Shown: piece after piece, positions 11,973 to 21,301 of the stretch
Numbering within the stretch: position 1 is the stretch's first letter
How the letters are laid out: each line of letters starts with the position of its first letter
DNA from: Epithemia pelagica
Lineage: Eukaryota > Protista > Bacillariophyta
NCBI GenBank assembly: GCA_946965045.2
Contig: OX337235.1
Location: forward strand, 248,001-312,000
Reading direction: 5' to 3'
DNA: 64,000 nt
The notes under the pieces: model-generated
Seen by the model: the letters and a program-made list of their open reading frames with translations, nothing else
Told to the model about the DNA's origin: nothing
Databases searched by the model: none
Translations under genes and position numbers: made by a program

Positions 11973-12485
11973 CGTTGTTTGTTGTCTCTCGGGGATAGGG
12001 ATGTAATCCTTATAATGGTATCGAAATCAAGTCAAACGCAGTTGGACGAGATGGTTGGTTTTTGGAAAATTGGATGAGACTAATGTGCGATTAACATAGA
12101 TTTACTGTACTGGTATGAATGTTAGTGTTGGTGCGTCGGCTGAAGTTCCATAGGCCGCTCATTTTTTGGTGGGTACCATCCGACGAAAAAAGGGGCTGTT
12201 CTTTTAGGAGCCAAATTTGGGAACCTATTGGATGTCTGAGAGCGAGACCAACGGCGGGGAATGTTGCTTGGATGACCATTGGATCATTTCCGACCGTTGG
12301 GGTCCAATAGATCCGTTGAAACGGGTCCAAGCTAGGGGCTACCCTAAATCTCCAAAATTTTGGCTGATGGTAGTTTTTCATTTAACAAAAGGGCTTCTCA
12401 CTATTTGTGTCATAGTAAATGAAGGCGTGTCTGGCCACGTCTCGGCAAGGCCGGCTACGACCGTTTACACCGCTAGCTGGTATTG

Positions 12486-12661
12486 TGCTCGTCTTTGGTT
12501 TTCCGTATTTCACCACGTCAGCGAACGTAACGCGCCTTCTCGCTCGCGTGATTGTTCGTGACTCCTTCGATAAGTAGTTCTCGTCATTGTCCCAGCTTGG
12601 TCGCCGGGTGGCTCTGAGGACTCGTGGATCATTTTTTTCGTCTTCGTCATTATTTCCAACA
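12486..12661 (-). repeat. 5' LTR of copia element 1, distal part
   Basis: Aligns to 295-475, ends in CA and is followed by TSD CTAAC. Confidence 0.93.
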
Positions 12662-12773
12662 CTAACTATCTGTTTTTGGTTATTGGTGAGCTCACAAAAC
12701 CAATACCCCTCACAACTCCATCCAAAATTGAATCTATTCAAAATTGAAATCCAGTCCAACACCAATAAACAGA

Positions 12774-13892
12774 ATGATTTCCTCCTCCACGACGACAACG
12801 ATGACAACGACAGGGTCTTGTTCCACTGTCCCTCCTTCTCGGACTCCAACTCGCCGTTCTCGTGGGCCTCCAATACTCGCGCCTCGGCTGCTGCTGCTGT
12901 GGCATTTCCTTCTTTTGGGATCCTCCTCTTTATCATCATCGTCCGCGGCGGCTGCTGCTCTGCCAGCGACATTCTCCTGGTCCTCCACGGTGGAACAGGT
13001 GGTGGAAGAGGATTTGTTGCTGCACGTGATTCCCAACGACCACAACTCCTCCTCCTTCAACGTGACCACCACCACCACCAACAACAACAACACTCTGCCA
13101 GACAACAATGATACCACCTCCCAGGACTCCCCGAATGGAACTCGACGCTCCTTGAATCTTCAACCAAAGCCGTTGCGGTCCTCGTTGTTGCACGAGACGA
13201 CGCCTCCTGGATCGTCTCGTCGTCGTCGCTTCTTTTTGCAACAACAACAGCAACCTCGACACTTGTCCTTGTTGAATGACAAATGTTTTGAGGCCTCTCA
13301 GCAATTGTATCACGACCATCCTTCTTTGCAAACCTTGTTGGACGACATGAAACAACAAGTCGTCTTGAACGAATCCACTTGTCACTGGAAGCCATCCTCG
13401 CAACCCCAACCACCCCACCACCAGCATCCACCCCAACCGTCCTCCTACCACTGTCGGGTCGACGGAACCGACTTGACCGCGGCACCAGCCTTTGCCCAAA
13501 CCTGTCAGGCCCTTGGCGGTGATTTGTTACACGCTGATTTTACCGTCACGTGTCTCTTTTACGACGTTTGGACCGAAGAGAAGGATGACACACTGATACC
13601 GACAACCGTCGGTCAGTTTGACATTTACCACTTGCTCGATTGTTTCGAGGCGGCCGCTTGCAATCTCTGGCAAGATTTGCCCTTGTTGGAACGCGAAACG
13701 GCCCACCATTTGCAACGCGCATTGGAACAACACTTGGTACAAGATGTACCCGGCCAACACGTGTCGTGTACGGCCCACGTGCACATTCAACAAACCAATG
13801 ATGCGGCCGCTTCCTCCTTGTTTGGTCCCACGACATTGGCCGTGACGATTGGGTGGGTGGTGCTGGAAGCCGCCTTCTTGCTGTTATGGTAG
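12774..13892 (+). CDS. Hypothetical secreted or membrane-anchored Cys-containing protein
   Basis: Long ORF (track 12744-13892) with an N-terminal hydrophobic stretch, a low-complexity linker, a Cys-patterned domain and a hydrophobic C-terminus. The start codon is uncertain. Confidence 0.65.
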   Translation: MISSSTTTTMTTTGSCSTVPPSRTPTRRSRGPPILAPRLLLLWHFLLLGSSSLSSSSAAAAALPATFSWSSTVEQVVEEDLLLHVIPNDHNSSSFNVTTTTTNNNNTLPDNNDTTSQDSPNGTRRSLNLQPKPLRSSLLHETTPPGSSRRRRFFLQQQQQPRHLSLLNDKCFEASQQLYHDHPSLQTLLDDMKQQVVLNESTCHWKPSSQPQPPHHQHPPQPSSYHCRVDGTDLTAAPAFAQTCQALGGDLLHADFTVTCLFYDVWTEEKDDTLIPTTVGQFDIYHLLDCFEAAACNLWQDLPLLERETAHHLQRALEQHLVQDVPGQHVSCTAHVHIQQTNDAAASSLFGPTTLAVTIGWVVLEAAFLLLW

Positions 13893-14341
13893 GGATCCAT
13901 GGCATGGATTTTGTGTCGTCCTATCCATCCTTGGTGTGGTTCGCTGTACCATTATTTCATTCTATAGATTTCGGGTAGCAGATAAAATGTCTAAGGTATA
14001 TACGTATGAGAGATTTATGGCATTTCGCAGAATTTCGAACTAACAGAGCATGATGATGATTGCTCGAACGAGAAACACACACAGTCATGGTCCAACCACA
14101 AACACGAGATTTATGTTTGAATTGCTTTATAGTAGGGATCCATGGCATGAATGTTGTGTCGTCCTATCCATCCTTGTTGTGGTTTGCTGTACCATTATTT
14201 CATTCTATAGATTTCGGGTAGCAGATAAAATGTCTAAGGTATAATAGTCATGAGAGATGCATGACATTTCGCATAATTTCAAACTAACAGAGAATGATGA
14301 TGATTGCTCGAACGAGAAACACACACAGTCATGGTCCAGCC
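13890..14341 (+). repeat. Imperfect tandem duplication (about 243-bp period) downstream of the 12774 gene
   Basis: TAGGGATCCATGGCATG...ACAGTCATGGTCC occurs at about 13890-14096 and 14133-14341. Confidence 0.85.
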
Positions 14342-14804
14342 GCAAACGAGATTCAGGTCGAATTGCTGTACTTGGTTGTTGCGGTGGTATGGCCTCTCCA
14401 TACAGAGACTCGATTACCTCGGTCTGGTGTAGTCTCATCCGACCACCTGCAGAGCCAATTATAGTTCTCATCCGCAATATTCCAGTGCGAGGGTGTTTGT
14501 GTGTATGATATGTAGACTTGATACTTATTTCTAGGATAAATATACAGTTGGTGAAACAATAATTCTCATCATCGGATGGCGGATGGTAACTTTTGTAGCT
14601 CAGCCCCCTCTCGCTTGTGGAAAAGATCCCCTTCCCATAGGGATTCGCGGCTCTCCAAATCGAAACACACATGCGCGTCATTTCTAAAACAATGACAGTG
14701 CATCAATTCGGTTTTGTCGGACAGGAACGTCTATCCCCCAAAATTCATCCCCATTCTTACTGTCATGTATGTATCTCGAGCCGTTTTTCTTGCGTGGGAC
14801 ATTG

Positions 14805-16451
14805 TTAGCTCTTCTTTTGTTGCAGAGCCAATCCCATGGCCAAGAGGATACACGTCATGGTCAAAACGGATAGTGCAGAAATCCAAAAGGTGGTGGAACG
14901 ATCCAATGTGCCAGAATACCACACGAGCCATTGGCAGCAGTTATTAGGTGGAGGTACCTTCCAATCACCCATCTCCTGTGCATTGGTAGACGACAAGGTT
15001 GAGGAATGCTGTGCTGGTGTACTGGGTGGTGGTTGTTCGGGATCTGTACGAAAGACGCTGTCCACGGATGAGAAAACTTGTTGTTGCTTTTGAGATACAT
15101 GTTGTTGTTGCTGCTGTTGCTGTTGCTGTTGGAGGAGCTCGGTAATCTTGTGTTGTAAATGCTGCACCGTTTGATTCCACTTGGTTTGTTCCAATTTCCA
15201 GTCGTGTCGGGTTTGTTCCAAAGCGTCTTGCAATTGCGTACAGCGCGCTTGCAATTCGACAATGTGTCGATCTTGTTCTTGAACCTGCAAGGCATTTTCA
15301 AATTCTTGGGCCTCGAGGGAATCTTGCAATTCCTGCCGTACCCAATCGCCCGTCAAGACTTGGGCGCGCAACAAGTCCATTTCGTATGCCATTTTCTTGG
15401 TTGGACCTTTGGGAGAGGACGCGAGGACCGAGGGAGTGGTGTTCTTTTTGAAACTTTTGGCTTTGCCGTTAGTTTTGCGTGTCGTGGTTGCTGTGGTATT
15501 CATCGTATTAGTAGACTTAATGTGGGAAGCACCACCACTTCGTTTCGTTTTGATACGATTGGTCTGGTTCGGACTGTCCAAATTCATGGACAAGGACCGT
15601 GATATCATTCCTTGGGAAGCAGCAGGATTCGAATCGTACGACGACGGACCCCAACTAGAGGAAGTAACCAGGGCCGAAGCGATCGTGTCCTTTTCGCTGC
15701 TTGTTGTGAATGGAAGCCGCTGGTTGGTTGGACTTGTTGTTTCGTTACTTGTCCTGGACATTGATGAAGTTGGCATGGATTTGCAAGCCGGAATGGACGG
15801 AACCACTACGTTGGTACGGTTTCCTGCATCTGTGAGCATGTACTGTGACAACTGCGGTTGCGTTTCGGGATCCTTTACGTGTTCTACCCTTTTAGTTGAT
15901 GTAGCGGTTGTGGGTATCAAGGACGGTTGGTGGTTTTGTTGATTTGCTTGTCGTCGAAAGACCAGTGGGAGAGCTGTTTGTGGACTGTTGCTGGTTTGTT
16001 CGACAATATAATCCATGATTTCGTCATAGGTCCAATTCGTGACGGAACTCTCGTTCACTTGAATCAAGTCATCGCCCACTTGCAATTGTTGGGACAGGGC
16101 TGCCCGACCCTCGGGAACCAAGTCACAAATGCACACACCGCCGCGACTGGCCGCCGGCTTGGTTGCGAACGTGGGGTTGTCTTGATTCGAATGGGAATGC
16201 TGCTTGCGAGGTCCAAAGACAATTCCCATGGGTTTGGGAAATGCCACGCGAATCGTGGTCCAGTCCTCCTCCTCACTGGATGTTGTTGTTGTTGTTGGTA
16301 ATTCTTCCTTCTTGTGGGTGGCTGGAAGGGAAGTTGGATGCTGTTTGGTAGCATGTTGTTGGGAAAGTGATATGGAAGACGACGACGACGGCAATCCCCG
16401 AAGGTACAACGGCGACGCTGGGCTTTGGCTGCCGTGAGGGGTGGACCACAT
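14805..16451 (-). CDS. PDZ-domain, coiled-coil, C-terminal transmembrane protein
   Basis: PDZ motif IRVAFPKPMGIVF...VCICDLVPEGRAA...LQVGDDLIQVN; coiled coil near aa 360-450; hydrophobic tail FWISALSVLTMTCILLAMGLAL-QQKKS. Confidence 0.8.
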   Translation of the reverse strand: MWSTPHGSQSPASPLYLRGLPSSSSSISLSQQHATKQHPTSLPATHKKEELPTTTTTSSEEEDWTTIRVAFPKPMGIVFGPRKQHSHSNQDNPTFATKPAASRGGVCICDLVPEGRAALSQQLQVGDDLIQVNESSVTNWTYDEIMDYIVEQTSNSPQTALPLVFRRQANQQNHQPSLIPTTATSTKRVEHVKDPETQPQLSQYMLTDAGNRTNVVVPSIPACKSMPTSSMSRTSNETTSPTNQRLPFTTSSEKDTIASALVTSSSWGPSSYDSNPAASQGMISRSLSMNLDSPNQTNRIKTKRSGGASHIKSTNTMNTTATTTRKTNGKAKSFKKNTTPSVLASSPKGPTKKMAYEMDLLRAQVLTGDWVRQELQDSLEAQEFENALQVQEQDRHIVELQARCTQLQDALEQTRHDWKLEQTKWNQTVQHLQHKITELLQQQQQQQQQQHVSQKQQQVFSSVDSVFRTDPEQPPPSTPAQHSSTLSSTNAQEMGDWKVPPPNNCCQWLVWYSGTLDRSTTFWISALSVLTMTCILLAMGLALQQKKS

Positions 16452-17604
16452 TGTTGTTGTTGTTTGTTTGTGTTGCGATCCACAAACGATATATAATAAA
16501 CAATTGGAGACTGGTCCAGGAACGTAGAATTGAATTCGTCTCTTTTCCTCTGTTGACAGGGATTCTCACACAAAAAGTAAGCAAACAACCAAGCAACGAA
16601 TGCCGACACAGCCAACACGGGGTGTCGTCTTTTTCTCTGCCGATTTTTTGGCGACGGCTCATTTTCTGCGACCGGAATCCACTCGCGGACCGCGAGCATG
16701 CAAGATGAGGTGCGCGCGCCGGGTGGCAATCACTTATTCTAGCCTCTCGAGATCCATTATTCTGGACTTGCCAACCGAACACAACCACCGCATGAGCAAA
16801 CGACGCAGGAAATGAGCTCGAACGACAAACCTGCCATTGGCCGCACTCTCGGATCCACCTCTGTCATGGTGGAATCACCTTGCTCTCGTTACGGCAGTCG
16901 TTATAGTTTGTGTGTTGATTGTCGCTCTCAACCCCAATTCTCCCACAGGGACTTGTCGTCTGTGCCGATCGACTACCTAGGTACCAAGAAGAGGTCCTTT
17001 TTTCTTGGAGAAGCAAAAGGTTCAAATCCAGGATCGCGCAGACCAGACCAAGGATTTCTGCAATTGCTAGTTTTGTATAATCGTTGGTCATTGTGGTGAT
17101 TCTTGGACAAAAAATCCATCAAGGCTCTGCTCCTCCAGTGTCTGTGTGGCACAAGACCCAGTATAAAATAGATTGTATACAGGGAGTGGTGCTGTTTGGA
17201 ACACCCACAAACCGTACTGTCGGGTCTTGGTTTTTTGTGTTTTGGGATGCCTTCCTGGACAACCAACAACAACGACACAAAGCACAAACGGCCAAAACCG
17301 ACCACAACAACAACCACGACCAGCGCTAGAATCATCCAGAAACCTTGTATTGTCATCGTTGTCCGGGAGACCCTCCATGCGTTTTTTGGCAGAAAGATGA
17401 GGGCACTATACTGCAGCTGGATCCTCGTCGTCTCGTGCAGTGGAGAGTGACATGGACACCAGAAAGCGGTCTTGAAAAAAGTGAATTCCAAAACTTATTA
17501 AAATCATCTACGTAAAATTTCATGCATATCGTGTTTTCTCAAATATACCTCGACACACATGGAAAACACACACTTCCATCGATTGTGTGCAAAACGTGGA
17601 TTCT

Positions 17605-18549
17605 CTACCATGAACGGGACGCACTCGTCCGAGGACTCGACGTGGAAACCATTACGATACCACCCACGAGAAGGACCGCCACGGATGTCCACGCCATGGG
17701 CGACGACGAAACCGAGCCAGCCGACGAAATCAAGGAGGACCACCGCAAGTCCTCCCGGTCCATGATGCTGGTCCACCAGCCTCCCCCAATCATCGTGAGA
17801 CTGTCTCCACCACCAGGACACGACGCATCGTCATCTTCGGTATTGGCTTCGGTACTCAGGCTCGCCGTATCACTTCGATACGCATGAGCGGCTGCTGTTG
17901 CTGCTGCTGTCATGGGCAATCCTTGTTGCAACTGTTGCAATTGTTTGGTCCACGCTTGTCGATCGTCCTGCCATTGACGACGCAATTCGTGCAATTCGTC
18001 TTCGAGACGGAGGCATTTGGCCGAGAGATGCGCGAGTGATGCTGGGTCATTGTTTGGCCCTTGTGGTTGTAGTCGACTCTTTGGATCCGCAGCCGTTGCC
18101 AGTGTCGTGTCCTTGGCTGCTGGTTGTTCGATTCCCCCCTGGTTGCTGGCAGGTCGTTCCAAGACGAGTCGAATGGCTTGACTGCTGTCGCAGTCATTCA
18201 CAATCCAGTCCAGAATTGCATCGTACGTCCACTCGGTCACGACACAATCATTGACTTGCACCAAGACATCGCCAACTTGCACTTGATGCGATTGCGCGGC
18301 CCGTCCCGAGGGCGGCAAACTCCGAATGCAAACGCCAGTGTCCGTATTGGGCCGAGGTTCAAAGACAATACCCATGGGTTTGACAAAGGATACGCGAATC
18401 AAGGAGGTGGAATCTTTTTCATCATTGTTCTTGTTGGTTCGGGTGGTAGAATCATTCTCTTGCGGCGGCTTGGTCGGTTGCCAGGACTGTTTTTCGGGCA
18501 TGGCAGAAGTATTCAAAGATTTCAATGTCGTAGGATTCGAATGGATCAT
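17605..18549 (-). CDS. PDZ-domain, coiled-coil, C-terminal transmembrane protein (shorter paralog)
   Basis: IRVSFVKPMGIVF...VCIRSLPPSGRAA...VQVGDVLVQVN; short coiled coil; tail WTSVAVLLVGGIVMV. Confidence 0.8.
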   Translation of the reverse strand: MIHSNPTTLKSLNTSAMPEKQSWQPTKPPQENDSTTRTNKNNDEKDSTSLIRVSFVKPMGIVFEPRPNTDTGVCIRSLPPSGRAAQSHQVQVGDVLVQVNDCVVTEWTYDAILDWIVNDCDSSQAIRLVLERPASNQGGIEQPAAKDTTLATAADPKSRLQPQGPNNDPASLAHLSAKCLRLEDELHELRRQWQDDRQAWTKQLQQLQQGLPMTAAATAAAHAYRSDTASLSTEANTEDDDASCPGGGDSLTMIGGGWWTSIMDREDLRWSSLISSAGSVSSSPMAWTSVAVLLVGGIVMVSTSSPRTSASRSW

Positions 18550-19055
18550 GGTGTTTTATTCAATCAATGGCACACACTCGTAATAGTGTCAAAACAGACG
18601 CTCTCTCTCGAAACCCTCGGCAAGATTGTGTGTGTCAAGTCGTCGTTGTCTTGGGGTCCGTTGAATGGTGTGGAGTCGAGATGCAAGATGAAGCGCGACA
18701 AGACCAAAAGATCCCTTCTTTGCTCCGCGGCACTCAAACTGGTTTTGGAATGGAGTCATGCGTACGTGGTCATAGTCACGAGTACGTGTCTTCTGTTTTG
18801 TGCGATGGATTCGCGACAGACAGTGAGCTACCCCATCTATCCAAGCCATTTCCTAACGCCGTCGCAGAAGGACTAGGGTCTAGTTATAAGCGCAACAGGA
18901 AAAACGATTTGGAACGAGAAAAAAGGATTTCTATGTCGTCTATTCTATATATTCTAAATTCAAAATCCAAACACTGCATATATAGGACCAAAAATCTCAT
19001 GGTGTCACAATGGCAACGAGTGTCGTTACCATCCCCAAAATAGAGAATCTCATGT

Positions 19056-19793
19056 TTAGTCTTGAAGAAACAAACCAGTTTCGTTCATCAAAAAGTCAAA
19101 ATCTTCTTGCGTCCATGAAAGTGCAGATGAATCCAACTCTGTCATTGGGGCCATATCATTCTCCATGAGATTGAGGGATGAAATGATAGTGTCTGGGCTA
19201 CTTCTAGCCGCAGATGATGACAGGACAACGGAGGGATTTGGTTCAAAAGTCTCTTGATCCTTGTGGTCCAAGTCGCCAGTGCTCTCTTCATCTGAACTAG
19301 TGCATTCCGAAACGACTTCCATTGTTGAGCGAACCTTGCACATCTTGCTTGCTTTGAGTGTCGTCTTTTTGGTCTGTTTCTTCTTGAGTGCTTGTTTTTG
19401 TTCTCGTTGAATGGCAAATCGAATGGTATGTCCCACCTTTTCCCGTGCCACATAGCTGTCGACTTCCATCCAGGATGCTGTCTCTTCATTGAATTTGACA
19501 AAGCGCATTCCATGAAACAATTGAAGTTCATCGACAATTTGTTTCGTCAAGTTCATCTTGTCCAATTTGCTCGTGACAGTCTTGTAGGCGGGAAGCATTT
19601 TGTCAATGTGGGCTCGAAAGAAGCAATTGCCAGGATGATGGCGCAAGGTCTTGTCCTTGGTACACAAGACATCCTTGTCGGAAAGTTCCAATTGTCGAAG
19701 AGCCGGTTGCGAGGAGTTGAATGTCAAGTCAAGCATCATGTTGTTGTACTGAGTTGTTGTTTGAGGTTTGGGTTTCGACGTTTGGTTTTCCAA
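19056..19793 (-). CDS. DUF6824-like diatom protein
   Basis: DVLC...HPGNCFFRAHI...K..L...IVDEL...GMRF...W......REKVGH pattern. Confidence 0.75.
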   Translation of the reverse strand: MENQTSKPKPQTTTQYNNMMLDLTFNSSQPALRQLELSDKDVLCTKDKTLRHHPGNCFFRAHIDKMLPAYKTVTSKLDKMNLTKQIVDELQLFHGMRFVKFNEETASWMEVDSYVAREKVGHTIRFAIQREQKQALKKKQTKKTTLKASKMCKVRSTMEVVSECTSSDEESTGDLDHKDQETFEPNPSVVLSSSAARSSPDTIISSLNLMENDMAPMTELDSSALSWTQEDFDFLMNETGLFLQD

Positions 19794-20491
19794 TTTTGTG
19801 AGAGAAAGGCGGACGTCGTCAATCGTTCAAAATTCGACATTGGTTGTTACTTCTGGGATATATGTAAAAGAGGTCGTTGGCATGGATACCCTCATCACTT
19901 CATTGCGATCAGATCTTTCTCGATGATTCTGGTCTCCTGTGCGCCGTGCAGTGTTGTGTCTTTCCTCTACCAGTAGCTTCGTCTCTATGTCAGATTCAGA
20001 CTGCAACTTAAAACGGAACTTCTAGCCCTTTCACGAAAGTTCGTTTGGAACATCTTCCGCATCCTCTACACAAACGGCTACTGTATAGTGGTCAATGACG
20101 CATTCGAACCGTCGTGTAGATGAATGCGAACCTTCAAGGAAATCATCACGTCGTCGAAAAAGGCTGACGACGTTGCCACAACCCGCCACTACATCGACAC
20201 CATAGCCGGGCGATGACAGACGTTTTTCCCCACTGAGGGAGTTTCAGCAGAAGGGCGGACCAGTTACGAGGTAGCTTTGATGACTGGAAAGCAACAACAG
20301 TCTTTTGTTCATGTGATATAACTTTGAATAGGGCGATGAAAGGTCCCAAAGAAGACAAATAGATGCGGTCTATGTTGTGAAACAGTTTCAAAATCGTTCT
20401 CTATTTTGTGATTATGTTCAAAGTTGTTTCCGTATGGACCAACGAGATGCAAAATTTCCAGACAGGTCTTGATAGAATATCAAACATTGAA

Positions 20492-21301
20492 TCATATCTG
20501 TATTCTTCTCGTGTGTACACGCTCTTCTTCTTCGTGTTGTTGTTGCTGGCGCTGGTCAGCCTCCTTCCTCCGAGCAGTGTTACTCTTGCTGGTGCTGGTG
20601 GATTTCCCCGTACTTTTTCGTCTCCTGCTTCTCGATTGCTTGGGTCGTGGGCTGTAGTACGCCTGCGCCGAGGACAGAGCGCTTGTACTACCCGATAGGA
20701 TATCCGGTTGTCGTTGCACTGGCGATCGTGGTGCTTCAGAGTCTCTTCTTCGTTGCGGCTTTTTGGGTGGTTGAACTTGGGCATCATCCCGAGAGGACAA
20801 AGAGGAACTCCCACACGAGGCATCCCATCGACAACCTCCACTGCTACTGCAGCTGCTATTGCACGAACTGGACATGGTACTGGTCGAAGAACTGGTACTC
20901 GAGAAACTGTGCAGAGAATCCGCGTGCAGGGATATTTCATCCTCATCCTCCTCTTCCCAATGATGGCGGCCCAGAAGTCTGCGTCGATACAAGGCTCGTT
21001 GATAGGGAACTTTGGCATCGTCACGAATCACTTGCAGACTGCTCTTCTGGAACGATGAAGCAGGCGACAAGGAAGACTGCAGCTTGATGGAAGAGAAAAA
21101 CGTGGCCAACGCAGGTTGCTCTTGTTGTTCCAACAGCTTGGGTTGAAGCTCGGGTTGTGGCACAGTCATGGTGGTATTGCGTAACGCTTCAATGTTTTCT
21201 TTTGTGTGACCAAATTTATGACTCGAGAAGGGAAGAGCCAGAGGAGATTGGATCGTAAGAAGAGGTTCGGGGATGGCGATGGTTCTTGATATCCGTAACA
21301 A
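20492..21301 (-). CDS. Hypothetical Ser-rich low-complexity protein
   Basis: 269-codon ORF with biased composition and no recognisable domain; start uncertain. Confidence 0.45.
   Translation of the reverse strand: MLRISRTIAIPEPLLTIQSPLALPFSSHKFGHTKENIEALRNTTMTVPQPELQPKLLEQQEQPALATFFSSIKLQSSLSPASSFQKSSLQVIRDDAKVPYQRALYRRRLLGRHHWEEEDEDEISLHADSLHSFSSTSSSTSTMSSSCNSSCSSSGGCRWDASCGSSSLSSRDDAQVQPPKKPQRRRDSEAPRSPVQRQPDILSGSTSALSSAQAYYSPRPKQSRSRRRKSTGKSTSTSKSNTARRKEADQRQQQQHEEEERVHTRRIQI

Larger units (their letters stand above)
6372..12485. mobile_element. Two-gene TIR DNA transposon with a RAG1/Transib-like transposase (6114 bp)
   Basis: 17-bp TIRs CAATACCAGCTA(A/G)CGGT at 6372-6388 and 12469-12485 (16/17 identical). 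It sits exactly at the break in the copia LTR and carries two convergent coding regions. Confidence 0.88.
181..12661 (-). mobile_element. Ty1/copia (CoDi-like) LTR retrotransposon, decayed; 5' LTR interrupted by a DNA transposon
   Basis: LTR 181-475 (TG...CA). The second LTR is split into 6256-6371 and 12486-12661. 5-bp TSD CTAAC at 176-180 and 12662-12666. Internal gag-PR-IN-RT-RH lies on the minus strand. Confidence 0.95.

Noticed and set aside
16973-17491. ORF with a hydrophobic stretch between the PDZ paralogs
   Set aside because: No domain is recognised and there are several stops downstream, so it cannot be supported as a gene.
20085-20135. tRNA-like GGTTCGAAT on the minus strand
   Set aside because: The T-stem closing pair is mismatched and no acceptor, D or anticodon arms can be built.
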